64,000 nt of DNA from Selaginella moellendorffii (taxonomy: Eukaryota > Plantae > Lycopodiophyta), in the NCBI RefSeq assembly GCF_000143415.4, contig NW_003314269.1, positions 2,845,060 through 2,909,059 on the forward strand, written 5' to 3'. The translations under genes were made by a program, and so were the position numbers. Shown one piece after another: positions 49,322-63,074 of the stretch (position 1 is the first letter of the stretch; each line of letters starts with the position of its first letter). The notes beneath the pieces were generated by a model. The model did no database searches and had not been told where the DNA came from. It saw only the letters and a list, made by a program, of their open reading frames with translations.

Positions 49322-52300
49322 ATGATGACGAGGACGCCAGCGGCGAAGCGGCCGCGAGTTCTAGAGCTGCTGGAGCGCGAGATCGAAGTAGCGCACTCGC
49401 CGGCAGCAAGGAGTCCTGTGCTCGATGATGGAATGGCGGCTATGGTGCCGTATGATCAGCGAAATCTTGAGCTCGCCGGTTCCTATCCAGAAGACGATGA
49501 TGCCGGCGATCACGATCGCGACTGGGATTCGATGCGCTGCAGCTATAAATGCCGAAATATGGTGAGTCTGGGTTTAGGGTTCTTCGATTTTCTAGAGGTT
49601 TTTCTGCGGGAATGTAGGTGAAATCGGAGCTACTCGAGACGCTAGATCGCAGAGAAAAGCAAGTTGTAGAGTACGAAGCGGCATTTAAACAGCTAAAAGC
49701 TCGCGGTGAGTTCATCCCTTTCTCCTCTCGAGACTTTGATTCTAGTTTTGTCACAGAAAGCGAGAACCAAAGCCTGATTGCGCGCGTGAAGTCACTAGAA
49801 CAAAGTTTGGCGGCTGCTACGTGCAGGGAAGAAGCTCTACGTACGCAGCGAGCTGAGGAAGTGACTGTGGGAGAAGAACGATTTCGCAAGCAGCTACTTC
49901 GTTGCAACGAAATCCAGGCAAGCTTTCATACCCAGTGTGGATTTTTCTTTTTTACTTAACGCTAGAATCGTTGTCTATAGGAAAAGTTGATGGCAGAGAT
50001 TCGATCAAAGTCCGAGGCCGAGACAACAGCTAAGGAAGCGGAAAACGAAGTCTCGTCACTCAAAAACGAGCTTGCAAGCTTGCGTGACAGCTCTGCTAAA
50101 GAAATTCGTCGTCTGGAAAGGGATGTACAAGGGATGGAAGAGAACAACGAGTTTTGCATGTCTAAAATGAATGCTGAGGTTTAGCATTGGATCGTTGATT
50201 TGCTGTAATGGCTTGTGTGTGAATTTTTTCAGAATGATGCATGTAGACGGGAGACCGAGTGCGTATCAGAGGAGCTTTCGTATTTGCGCGTGCAACATGG
50301 AGAGCTTGAAGAGAAACTTAACAATGTAAGTAACAAATTTGTGTTCTTCACACATGTGTTTATTTGCTTCTGTATTGCAGATACTGCAGGAAAAAATGAA
50401 CCTTGAAAGAGAGCTCGCTACCGCGTCAAGTAAGCTTTCCAATACACGTATGACGGACAGTCAAGAGGCGGAGGCAGTAATCAACAGTCTGCGAGAGGAA
50501 TTAAAACATCAGGTCAAGTGGAGTTTCAAGTTTGCCATTGAAAATCTCTCTTACTGTTTTTTCTTTTAAAGTCTGCTGAAATTTCAGAGGCGAAGAAGCT
50601 GAAGGCAAATTACGTGAAGCAGCAGGCAGTGGAAGAACAACTTGATACTCTAAGAAAGCGCGCAGAACAAGCAGAAGCCAAGCTGGTAGACTATGCTGAT
50701 GTGAAGCTCCGTATATCCGCTTTGGAATGTGATCTGAATGCTTGGGAGGATGTCCTCAAAGCCATCCCAGGAAACGTCTCTCGAGATCAGATCCCCGAGA
50801 AGCTAGTTAGCTTGCAGAGGTACATTTGCCTAGTTCTTTTGAAGATTGCAGCTACTTATGATTGAATTCAGGGAGTTGCTGGTCAGACTATCTGAAAATG
50901 GAGGCCTTAAAGCTAAAGTTGAGGAGTTACAACTCGCACTGGCGCGGACTCTGATGGAAAAACAAGAATCCGAGTCTGCTGCTGCATCAGCACGTCAACA
51001 TGCAGAAGGAGCTCGAGGAAGAATCTCTCGCCTGGAACGCCAGGTATTCTGACACGTGATTTCTTCTTGTTGTGGTTTTCTTCAAGCTCTGCGTAATGGT
51101 AGGTTGTTTCTTTGACACGAGAAAGAGATGGAGTAAAAGCCATCCTTGCTTCATATGATGAGGAGGAATCGTTCCTTTTGCAACAACATAAGGCAGCTTC
51201 CTCTACTGTACTTGCGACTCCTGAGAAGTCTAAGCAGCGACGAATTGAGGTAGGAAAATATGTCAATGATAAGTTGATGTTTTTTGTGTTCATACAGGAG
51301 CTGGAGAGTCTCTTAGCTAGCTCGCAGGAGACGATCAAGGTCATAGAGAAGGAATTAGAAGAAAGCATTGGAACGTCAAAGGAGCGTCAAATCGCTGCCG
51401 ATAAACTCTCAGCCGATCTTGAAGCTGCACGCTCTAAAATTTCATCTTTGGAACGCGAATCGCTGCAATTACGGCAAGAAATTGGAATCCTTGAAGGAAA
51501 GGTAATAGTAGTACTTTCTTTCTGTATTATTTTCTGAGTTTTGCCTCACAGCTTGCTTGCGGTGAGTTTGATCCTTCCAAGACCAAAGTCTTGAAGCTGC
51601 GAACAAGCTTGGACACTAGAGAAACGTCTCACCCGGTTGTCACTTCTATACCTGTTGAGAGTGCCACGCACGGTATGTTCGGTTATATGTTTTAAATCGC
51701 GTCCTTATGGTGAAATCACATATGCAGAGCAAATTGCATCTATTCTTGAAAGCAAGGACAAGATTGCTATGCTGACGGGCAAAGTGGGCGCACTAGAGCA
51801 GGAGATTTCTACGTTAAAAAAACGTGAAAACAGGTTAGAATAACTTCGCTTGAGATTTTGTTAATCTGTCTTTGTTCCAGATACATGCAAGTGTTTGCCG
51901 AAAAGGCTTTTACTTTTAGGACGGCATGTGGTTTGATCTTTGGTTACGAGGTGATTTATGCGCCACACTTGTTTCTTTTATTTAACTTGGTGCTGCAGAT
52001 ATTGATGAACGAGAAGCCCGATTCCGCAGTTACGTTTTTCAAGCTCCGTTCGGTTTACTCAAGAGATAAGGAGTACGAAACACTTGAGTTTCAGTATACA
52101 GCAAATGGACATGCAGTTGGACGCATCGATATGCTGGTATGCTTTTTGCTTTTGCCTGTCGTTGACCTCTCAAAACGCTCATTTTGATGCAAGGCAAATG
52201 ATTATACAACTTCGCCTGAAATCGACCGTCAGGTAACTGAGAGAGTTGTTTTTAAAGTCACTCCATATTTACAATGAATCACAGGTGACGACATTTTTGC

Positions 52301-52374
52301 AAGGCTTCAAATCGATACCTGCTTTTATAGCCAACTTGACACTCGAGCTGTTCAACAAGGGGACCATTGGCTGA
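49322..52374 (+). CDS. MAD1: Mitotic spindle checkpoint protein MAD1 (many short introns)
   Basis: MMTRTPAAKRPR; CSYKCRNMVKSELLETL; long coiled coil; GEFDPSKTKVL; RYMQVFAEK..FRTACGLIFGY; C-terminal SIPAFIANLTLELFNK. Confidence 0.9.
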
Positions 52375-52559
52375 GGACAGCACAAGGCTACAAACTCCGC
52401 CGAGTCTCTCTCGTACGCATGGTGTAGATGTTAGCGAGTAACAAGTAAGCCGATCCATTGTTTGAGTCCATCTCAAGCGTGCGCTTTGCAGCATGGGCAC
52501 CGCGCCGGAGATCACTGTGGCTTCGGCAGGCACCGAGGAAGCACTTCCATTCGACAGAA

Positions 52560-53520
52560 CCCGTGCGGCATTGTTAGCATGAGCTCCGTGCCTCGTTGAG
52601 GTGCCCGGCTCTAGCCAGCAGATCGACCATGCAAGTGTAGTGCTGCTTCGATGGTTGCAGCTGGAAATCCATGCTCATCGACACAAAATGGGACCTGGCA
52701 GTGTAGAGCTCTCCGTCGTGGCTGGAGGCTATCAGGATAGAGAGAAAGCGGGCAGGGAGTCTGATCCGGTTGAAGGTGGCCTTGGCCTCGTCGACGTGCC
52801 CGTTCCGAGCGTACGTTGCGTAGCATCGAGTTCCAGGAGAGAAAGTCGTGCTGTGGCATCTCGCGAAACAGGAAGGCTCGGATGAAATGCCCGTTCTGGG
52901 TGTAAGCAGCGAGCATCGATTTTCACATAATGTCGTGTCTCTGAGGCACGTCGTCGAAGATTGTTCGCTCCAACCAAGTTTCCATTTGCAGAGATCATCG
53001 ACGTTGTGCTCCGGCATCTCGTCGAAGATTCGTTTGGATTCTTCGAGATGCCCGCCTTGGGCATATGGTCCAAGAGACTGTGTCGGTGTGGCATGGTATC
53101 GAAAAGATATTTTAGGTATTGCAGGTTACTTGCAAGGACTAGCATTGAATCCAATTCACGCTCAGCGCTATCAAAATGATCAGCATGAAGGTATATCCTG
53201 CGAGGTTCTTTACTGGCATAGAATCGAACACACGTTTAGCTGGTAATGGAATATGGTGAGAGCATCGTTGTCCATTAGACGAGACGTGGCGGAGATGCCC
53301 GTTTTGTGCGTAGGCCGCGAGCATCGAGTTCCAGGAGACGATGTTGCAGTGTGGCATGTGATCGAAGAGGGATTTGGCGTGGTTGAGATGGGAGAAGGCG
53401 TCTTCCCTGTCGTCGTGCATGGCGGCAAATATGGCAGAGGCATGCTTGGCGCTGCCACGTTTGCCGAAGAGCTCGACGAGCTTGTTGAGGAGGAAAGTTG
53501 GCGGCGGGAAAACGTGCATG
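52560..53520 (-). pseudogene. PLS-class PPR pseudogene
   Basis: FDHMPHCNIVSWNSMLAAYAQNGHL, SILIASSHDG and PSKQHYTCMVDLLARAGHL lie in shifting frames. Confidence 0.85.
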
Positions 53521-54216
53521 GATGATGGATTGGCGTCGGGTGGTGAAGGTGCTGATGGTATCATGCTTTTGTTTAAGTAGGGAGCTGACCAAATCATAGT
53601 TCTGAGCTAAAAAGGTATCTATGCTTTGATTCCATGCTGCGTGTGCAACCACGAAAAGAAAGAAAGCAGTCAGAGCCTAGAACACCAGACGGAGAGATAA
53701 GTAATTGCATTATCTGCTCCAGAGCCTCCAAGTACGGATCGGGAAAACGCTTAGCATGCATCTCCCAAAATCACCGTCTCGAAGAAGCTTTTGAAGGCCA
53801 ACCTGCGAAATCATAAATTCAACACTCACCATGGGAGCATTGCTCTCTGCAGCACGTCGCAGATTTTTGTCCTCGATCCACTTACATAACCTTGGAAGGC
53901 CAGGAAGGGGCGTTAAATTCTTCGCTGCGAGCCTACAAAGCTATAAGCATCACTGAAACAATCGGAAAATAGCAGAACAAGAAGCGCACTGGCGGAAGTA
54001 GGCCTCCTTGTCAACTAGAAACTTGGCACAAACCTTGTCGGGATTGTACTTGCCACTTATATGTGGTTGCAAAAAAACTCCTTGGTGATTGGAACACCTT
54101 CTTGATAGGCTATTTACAATAACAAAAATTACTCTTTAAGTCGAGACAGAAGAACAGTACCTCCTGAAGCAGAATCCCTGACAATGCAATGGATCTGTAT
54201 TGCATAGCCTTCGAAG

Positions 54217-55475
54217 ATGCAGGACGTGGAAATGAAGGAAGCGCCTGCTGTTTCGTCTCCACATCGCTCTAAGGATTCCACAGGGCCGTCAATCCTCTCA
54301 CTTAAGCTTCCTACCCTTGGTGGAGAAGGTGTGGCAACGAAGGAGATGGGGCTCATGGTTCGAGCTGTTTGCAACGTGATGGCTGTACGGCATAAGCTCA
54401 AGCCTGGATCACTTGGCTGCATTTATCAAGTTTGTGATTCCGTCGGATTCTGATTCACTGCTGCAATTCGTGAAGAAGGTACATTTGTTGTACATGATCC
54501 CTGTTTTCAATCTGAAGAGACTTCATACAGCCGGAAGATGACAAGACTATGGAAGTTGAGATTCTCCATCGAAGCAGAATGTGCTACTTGAGCTGGAAAT
54601 ACTGTGTTACCTCATACTTTTGATCTACAGAAGCAGTGTAAGCAGGTGAATCTGCTACTTGCTTCGCAGGTGCTTACTTTGTTTTTTAGGCCAAGGCTTG
54701 TTCAGATGCAGGTATCAAGACATTGCAACAGATGAATCGGAAGAAATTGGCATCAAGGCTGTAATCCTACTAGTCACTTAGCTGACTCTCTTGCGGGGGT
54801 AGGTGCACTTTTGGATGGTTTACGGAATGTACTGTATGTTTTTTCTGACCTTCTTGTTCTTCATCAGCAACTCTACGGCATGATGAATTGGAGCAGGTAT
54901 TGCCTTACTGATGTTGTTTCCAGGAAACCTTGTTGAATTTCCTGTTAAGGAACTACCTTCATTACAATCTCTACGATCAAGCAGAGAAGCTTCATTCAAA
55001 GTCTCAGCGATCTGACTCACATTCGAATCAGCAGGTGATCAATTATATGGTCCTTTCTATCGCTAGTGTTGACAAGAAATTCGGTGGCAGCTATGTCGCT
55101 ACTTATTCTATCTTAGAAAGATCAGAACTATCCAATTCAAATACACAGATGCAAAAGACTCCCTCATGCCGCAAGAAAGGCACCGACAATTCCCGCGCAA
55201 AGCCCTCCGTCCTTGCTTTGAGCTAACGAACGTATGCAAAATTATTCAGTCGTTGTCCGCTTTAACTCGTGGCTGCTGGTGGCAGGCTGTGCGAATTGGT
55301 GACTTGGAGCTGTTCAGATCCGTTGCTGACAAGTTCTCCGCCACATTCTACGCTGACAAGACGCACAATCTCATGTCCGCTAATGTCATCCAGACAGGTT
55401 TGCGCAAAATCAGTATCTCTACTCGATAATCTCCCTAGCAGATGTGGCTGCCAACCTCTCCTCGGATACTGCGGT
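54217..55475 (+). pseudogene. RPN3: 26S proteasome regulatory subunit RPN3 pseudogene (N-terminal and central part)
   Basis: [48 protein letters not shown] and NVIQTGLRKISIS; frameshifts and deletions. Confidence 0.85.
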
Positions 55476-55589
55476 CAGAAACTCACAAAAATAGGAGCCA
55501 CAAACCCTTGAATAGAATAGAACTAATTAGAAAGCTACATCCAAAATTCCTTAAATTAATGTCAATAGAACATCGTATAGAACTGCACG

Positions 55590-55880
55590 GCTGCAGCATT
55601 TCCTTTCATCCTCTTCCTTGCCAGTTCCTGTCTGCTGCCTCACTTTACACTTCTCAGCGCTCTGCAGCTCTTTGTTGTGTGCGTTCGGAGGAAATCTGAG
55701 AGCTATGACAACCTCGTTGTAAGTGTTGAGGCAGAAGGCAATTTAGTGGAAGGCCAGCTGAGGCTCCTGCATTGAGTAAATGTTGCTTTCTTTCGACTGC
55801 ATGAAGCCGTTCTTGTGGTCTATGACTGCATCGATGCCGTCGTCGCAGATTGCCTTCGCAACCATGCTCTCCGCGTCATT
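55590..55880 (-). pseudogene. RPN3: RPN3 C-terminal part, in inverted orientation
   Basis: Minus strand reads [63 protein letters not shown]. Confidence 0.8.
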
Positions 55881-56066
55881 GATCAGTCGATCGTGTCCCT
55901 GGCAAATATAGACGCAAATACCTCAGCTAATGGCTAATAGCCTCTCGATCCCATTCGCCTGGAATGCCACATCTAAATCCTCGAATAGAAACTACGTAGT
56001 AAAATGGATTCTATTGAAGAAATGAAACTTTTATTTCTCTTTATTTGTTTCGCTGCTCTCTGTAAT

Positions 56067-57200
56067 TTATCCATTAATAGGAGTTTCTGTCACTTTCATA
56101 GGCACCCATTCTTCCTCCTTCCGTGTCTCTCCAGTCTCTATGTTGATAGAGATAACGTCTCCAGCTTCTAAAGACAACGTATTTCCAACTTCTGAAGACA
56201 ATTTAGTTCCACGTCCTATCTTTGCTCCAATGTTGTATACCAGGACACCTTCGAAAATACCATCAATTTCTTCAGTTGCTGGCAGATCGACACCATCTAG
56301 TCGAGTGCTCCTGGTCTTGTATGTGAAAGGAATTCGGCACTTAGCTTTAGTGCATTCAAAGGTTACGTTCACCTTCCCATTTTGCTTGAAATCTTTGACA
56401 GTGACTGTGGACTGAAACTGGATTGCGTTCTGAGTGGCCTTACCAAATTCGTAGGTCCTGCCGCGCTATGTAGCAGTAAAGAGCTCTGGGGGATACTTGA
56501 CGCTCAACTGCAAGTCAAAGCGCCCCTACTTGACTTTCACGGAACAGAGCAAGTCTCGGTTGGGAACTCATCAAATCCTTTTCTATCGCTTCCGCTCATA
56601 GAAAAGGTGTCAGAGTTGCTCCACGTTTGGCTGGTGGTCAGTGTTTGAGACAAGGTAACCTGTGCCTGTAAATCTGCCGTCTTATCACCGTTGTTCTTCA
56701 AGTAGCTGCGGCCAACCACCAGGGCTTCAATCTCCCGCATTTCGGCCAACTCGAGAAGATACTTCACATCAAATATGCTTGTGTGCGACACTCACTTCCA
56801 GGTGGGTCTCTTTATCGTTGATGCTGTCGGCAATGGCACACAGGGAATCCAACCAGTATTCACTGTAGCGCTTGCACAACTTTTGGTTGACTGTCGAACG
56901 GAAGGTTACAACTTTGTCGCTGAGTTTAATAGGCTGGTAAGTGCCTTGGAACGTTCGATGTCGGCCCATATCCAATTGGGACTTAGCCTCCAGAAGCGAT
57001 CCCCTTTGATGCTGTACATAGCTACATTACCATCCACAGTGGGAACAACTTCCAAAGTCGCATAAAAGTCAGGATTGTTTTCGAGGTTGAATTACAGCCA
57101 TTTTTCCTGCCCACGTTCAGCATGCACGCACATGAACTTGTTGTTGCCGCCCTTCAACATAACATAGCGTGTTGAAGAACACGCCAGAATCTTCCGTTTC
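56067..57200 (-). pseudogene. Agglutinin (amaranthin-like) plus aerolysin-like pore-forming protein (Hfr-2 type), disrupted
   Basis: RYVMLKGGNNKFM, RFWRLSPNWIWAD, FRSTVNQKLCKRY, TWSNS and TKAKCRIPFTYK...DGIFEGV..YN; in-frame TAA at 57092-57094 plus frameshifts. Confidence 0.75.
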
Positions 57201-57594
57201 CTGCACGTAAGGAGAGTCACCGTTGGAGCATTCTTATCCTACGAACGTACAAACAAACAACAACTTATTAGAACGAGAAACAGGATCACTTGAATCACAT
57301 ACAAGTGTCTTAGCTTCTGCTTCCTTAGCATTGTCCAGCGAGGCTTTGATTCCGTCCTGTTCAGGAGCATATATATATCAGAAATTTCCATATGAAAATC
57401 ATGTCGTTTACATACCTTTCCTATGCTATCCTCCAACCTTTGGAAGCCCCGAGAAACGGAGTGAAGCCATGGAATACCTAAGATTTTGATGAGTTGCTCA
57501 AACTGAAGTAGTAATAAGCATTGAGGAGAGGGTAAGGTGCTTCTGATGTTATATATTCAATCAATATTTCGTGGCTAGTTGACATTAATAATCC

Positions 57595-58060
57595 TTCTCT
57601 TAAGAGTTTGGATCTTGACATTAAGCTGATTGCCTTTAATGGTGCACAAGTAGTTAAACTCTACAGAAATATTCACGTGATCCATTGAAATTTTGGAAAC
57701 AACCAAGAATATATCAATAACATTAGGGATAGGAGCAACTCGATTGGTATCCATGCTGCTTGCAGGAATCACATGGTTAAGATATTGTCAAAGCACATTT
57801 TTAATGGATGATCCACAATCGCTAAAAAGATGAGTAAGGCGTTTCTAATGTTTTGTATTCAATCATAGTTGTTTCTTAATCACACACCATGACAAGTTGA
57901 CATCTTAAGAGTCTGGATCTTGACATTAAGAAGATTATTAAGTGAAAATTGTCCACATGTAGTTTCACGTGATCTGTGCACATTGAAATTTTGAAAGAAA
58001 CCATGAATAGTATACAATAGCACTAAAGATAAGTTCTTAGAAGAATCACATGGTTAAAAA
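57595..58060. repeat. Degenerate direct duplication (~57595-57780 and ~57900-58060)
   Basis: cttaagagt.tggatcttgacattaag, ttcacgtgatc, cattgaaatttt and gaatcacatggttaa each occur twice in the same order. Confidence 0.65.
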
Positions 58061-58814
58061 GTACAATTTTTTGTTTGATTAAGAAAAAATAGTGAATATA
58101 CTAAAAGTATACTGGATATTTTGGGATATTCTACATGTTTTCAAGGTTAACACGACTGATGGTTTAACACTCTAAAGTATGAGTTAGACCATGAACACTC
58201 ACAACATACTTATTACAAGAAAGTTATCAAATTATTTGCAGCTGCTTTAGCTGTGAAGTATAATACAAAATTATTAATCAAATGCAAATTTATCAAATTC
58301 TAGTCGTCCATATGAGCATTGTCTTTATACTCACAAAATGTGTGATGAATACTCATTTGATACAGCCAAAATTCTTGGAATTCTTAAGGAAACTGAGTAT
58401 TATTGCATGTAACGTGCAACAAATTATGAATAAATTGCTGACATGATACACAATTGCTTTCTTGACTATGTAAATAAAACCAAAGTAGCAAGCATGCATG
58501 TAATAATATAGAGCCAACGAATCTTCCTCTGTATGAGAGTTAGTTTCGGAAAAATATTAAGAATTCAAGTATGGAATAAGTAAAGAATATTCACATACCT
58601 CAGTCAGGAGACAGCGATGCTTTTATATTAGGCCAGATTTATTTTGAGACTAATTACACTTCTTTCATTCCTAGCGGAGGATTAGTAATTCTGCTTCTAT
58701 CAGCTTGATCCCTGCTATTGTATCTAGTAAGGATCATTGACGATATGGATTGTTAACCTGGAAGAGTCAAAGACATTGAAGATAAGGGCCTAAGTTGATC
58801 AGCTCGCGCCTTCC

Positions 58815-61435
58815 AGGATGATGATGAGAACGCCAGCAGCAAAGCGGCTGCAAGTTCTAGTGCTGCTGGAGCGCGAGGTTGATGTTGTGCCCTCGCCTCC
58901 TTTTGTGCAGATTTTTTATTGTATGCTCCATTTGTCTAAATGAGCAGGCAAACAAAAAAATTTCCGTTTTTGGGTTGTACCCAAAAGGGTTACAGAAATG
59001 TATACGGCCCTCCTAGGAATCGTGTGCTCGACGATGGAATGGCGGCTATGGTGCCGTGTTCGACGATGATGTTAAAGGGGCCGGTGATCGCGATCGCGAC
59101 GGATTTTATGCGCTGCAGCTATAAATGCTGGGTTTAGGGAATGTAGGTGAAAGTGCTCGAGACGCTGGATCGCAGAGAAAAGCATGTAGAGTACGAAGCG
59201 GCATTTAAACAGCTAAAAGCTCGCGGTGAGTTCTTCCCTTTCTCCTCTCGTGAATTTGATTCTACTTTTTGGCCACAGAAAGCGAAAACCAAAGCCTGAT
59301 AGCGCGCGTGAAGTCACTAGAACAATGTTTGGCGGCTGCTACGTGCAGGGAAGAAGCTCTACGCACGCAGCGAGCGGAGGAAGTGACTGTGGGAGAAGAA
59401 CGATTTCGCAAGCAGCTGCTTCGCAGCAACGAAATCCAGGCAAGCTTTCATACCTTCTTTTGTTTTTCCTTAACGCGAGAATCGTTGTCTATAGGAAAAG
59501 TTGATGGCAGAGATTCGATTAAAATGTGAGGCCGAGGCGAGAGAGCTAAGCAAGCGGAAAACGAAGTCTCGTCACTCAAAAACGAGCTCGCAAGCTTGCG
59601 TGACACTCCGCTAAAGAAATCCGTCGTCTAGAAAGGGACATACAAGGGATGGAAGAGAACAACGAGTTTTGTCTAAAATGAATGCTGAGGTGAAGTATTA
59701 GATCGTTGGTTTGCTGTAATGGCTTGTGTGCGGTTTTTTTCAGAATGGTGCATGCAGACGGGAGACCGCGTATCAGAGGAGCTTTCGTATTTGCGCGTGC
59801 AACATGGCGAGCTTGAAGAGAAGCTTAACAATGTAAGTAAGAAATTGTGGTCTTTACACATATTGCAGATACTGCAGGAAAAAATGAACCTTAAGAGAGC
59901 TCGCTACCGCGTCAAGTAAGCTTTCCAATACACAAATGACGGATAGTCAAGAGGCGGAGGCAGTAATCAACATGCGAGAGGAATTAAAACATCAGGTCAA
60001 GTGGAGTTTGAAGTCTCTTACTGTTTTTTCTTTTAAAGTCTGCTGAAATTTCAGAGGCGAAGAAGCTGAAGGCAAATTACGTGAAGCAGCAGGCAGTTGA
60101 AGAACAACTTGATACTCTAAGAAAGTGCGCAGAACAAGCAGAAGCCAAGATTTCTTCTTGTTGTGGTTTTCTTCAAGCTCTGCATAATGGGAGGTTGTTT
60201 CTTTGACACGAGAAGGGATGGAGTCTTGCTTCATATGATGAGGAGGAATCGTTCCTTTTGCAACAACATAAGGCAGCTTCGTTTACATCTATACTTGCGA
60301 CTCCTGAGAAGTCTAAGCAGAGACGAATTGAGGTAGGAAAATATGTCAATGATATGTTGATGTTTTTTGTGTTCATACAGGAGCTGGAAAGTCTCTTAGC
60401 TAGCTTGCAGGAGACGATCAAGGTCATAGAGAAGGAGTTAGGAAAGCATTGGAACGTCAAAGGAGTGTCAAATTGCTGTTGATAGACTCTCAGCCGATCT
60501 TCCAAGCAGAGTTTGCCAAGCACTTAGGCCGTGTATAAGTGGGATAATAATAGCATTACAACTTTTATCATCATCAAGCTCTAAAATTTCATCTTTGGAA
60601 TGCAAATCATTACAATTACAGCAAGAAATTGGAATCCTTGAAGGAAAGGTAATAGTAATACTTCTTTCTGTATTATTTTCTGACTTTTGCCTCAAAGCTT
60701 GCTTGCAGTGAGTTTGATCCTTCCAAGACCAAAGTCTTGAAGCTGTGAACAAGCTTGGACACTCACCTGGTTGTCACTTCTGTACCTGTTGAGAGTGCCA
60801 TGCATTTTAAATCGCATCCTTATGGTGAAATCACCATGATATGCAGAGCAAATTGCATCTATTCTTGAAAGCAAGGACAAGATTGCTATGCTGACGGGCA
60901 AAGTGGGCGCACTAGAGCAGGAGATTTCTACGTTAAAAAAACGTGAAAACAGGTTAGAATAACTTCGCTTGAGATTTTGTTAATCTGTCTTTGTTCCAGA
61001 TACATGCAAGTGTTTGCCGAAAAGGCTTTTACTTTTAGGACGGCATGTGGTTTGATCTTTGGTTACGAGGTGAATTATGCACCACACTTGTTTCTCTTAT
61101 TTAACTTGGTACTGCAGATATTAATGAACGAGAAGCAAATTCCGCAGTTACGTTTTTCAAGCTCCGTTCGGTACGAAACATTGAGTTTCAGTATACAGCA
61201 AATGGACATGCAGTTGGACGCGTCGATATGCTGGTATGTGTCGTTGACCTCTCAAAACGCTCATTTTGATGCAAGGCAAATGATTATACAACTTCGCCTG
61301 AAATCGACTGTCAGGTAACTGAGAGAGTCGTTTATAAAGTCACTCAATATTTACAATGAATCACAGGTGACGAAATTTTTGCAAGGCTTCAAATCGATAC
61401 CTGCTTTTATAGCCAACTTGACACTCGAGCTGTTC
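58815..61435 (+). pseudogene. MAD1: MAD1 duplicate pseudogene
   Basis: High similarity to 49322-52374 including introns; frameshifts, a ~380-bp deletion near 60150 and insertions at ~58900-59015 and ~60500-60575. Confidence 0.9.
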
Positions 61436-61654
61436 AACAAGGGAACCATTGGCTGAGGGAAGCACAAGGCTACAAACTCCGCCGAGTCTCTCTCGTACGC
61501 ATGGAGTAGATGTGAGCGAGTAACGAGTATGCCAATCCATTGTTTGAGTCCACCTCAAGCGTGCGCTTTGCAGCATGGCCACCGCCCCCGGAGATCACTG
61601 TGACTTCGGCAGGCACCGAGGAAGCACTTCCAGTCGACAGGATCCGTGAGGTAC

Positions 61655-62620
61655 AGCATCGTTAGCATGAGCTCCCGTGCCTCGTTGAGGTGCCCGGCTC
61701 TAGCCAGCAGATCGATAGTGCTGCTTCGATGGTTGCAGCTGGAAATCCATCCTCATCGACCCAAAATGGGACCTGACAGTGTAGAGCTCTCCGTCGTGGC
61801 TGGAGGCTATCAGGATAGAGAGAAAGCGGGCAGGGAGTCTGATCCGGTTGAAGATGGCCTTGGCTTCGACGACGTGCCCGTTCTGAGCGTACGTTGCGTA
61901 GCATCGAGTTCCAGGAGAGAAAGTCGTGCTGTGGCATCTCGCGAAAGAGGTGGAAGGCTCGGATGAAATGCCAAGCAGCGAGCATCGAGTTTCACATGAT
62001 GTCGTGTCTCTGAGGTACGTCGTCGAAGATTTGTTCACTCCAACCAAGTTTCCACTTGCCGAGATCATCGACGTTGTGCTCCGGCATCTCGTCGAAGATT
62101 CGTTTGGATTCTTCGAGATGCCCACCTTGGGCATATGTTGTGAGGAAGTTGGTCCAAGAGATTATATGTCGCTGTGGCATGGTATCGAAACCATTGAAAG
62201 GCATGGAATAAAAAAACTTTGCATCACAAACCTTAACTTTCTAGCAGGAGCTATCAGCATGGAGGTTCTTTACCAGCATGATATCGAACACACGCCTAGC
62301 TAACTCCGGTAATGGAATATGCTGAGAGCATCGTTGTCCAAGAGACGAGATCCCTGCGTGGCGGAGATGCCCGTTTTGTGCGTAGGCCGCGAGCATTGAG
62401 TTCCAGGAGGCGATGTTGCGGTGTGGCAAGAGATCGAAAAGAGGGATTTGGCGTGGTTGAGGTGGGAGAAGGCGTCTTCGCTGTCCTCGTGCATGGCGGC
62501 GAAGATGGCAGAGGCGTGCTTGGCGCTGCCGCATTTGCCGAAGAGCTCGATGAGCTTGTTGAGGAGGAAAGTTGGCGGCGGGGAGGAACGTGCATAGATG
62601 ATGGATTGGACGCGCTGGGC
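61655..62620 (-). pseudogene. PLS-class PPR pseudogene, duplicate of 52560-53520
   Basis: YAQGGHLEESKRIFDEMPEHN and SWNSMLAAYAQNGHL; broken frames; colinear with the first copy. Confidence 0.85.
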
Positions 62621-63074
62621 GTCGGGTGGTGGAGGTGTTCCAAAATTCTCCTCGTGGTATCACCATCCAAATTCATCGTCATTGTAAGTTTTAGGTGCAT
62701 CCAGAGCCGACCAAATCATAGTTCTGAGCCAAAAAGGTAGCACGTCGCAGATTTCTGTCCTCGATTCACTTACATAACTTTGGAAGGCCAGGAAGGGGCG
62801 TCAAATTCTTCGCAGCGAGCCTACAAAGCTATAAGCATCAGTGAAACAATCGGAAAATAGCAGAACAAGAAGCTCACTGGTGGAAGCAGGTTTCCTTGTC
62901 AACTAGAAACTTGGCACGTTTGGGGAAGAGAAGTCGTCCAATGTCACTTACATGTGGCTGCAGAAAAACTCTCTGGTGACTGGAACACCTTCTTGATAGC
63001 CTATCTAAAAATTGCTCCTAAGTTGAACCAAATTGACTAATAAAACAACACCTCCCATAAAGCCTGATGATGCA

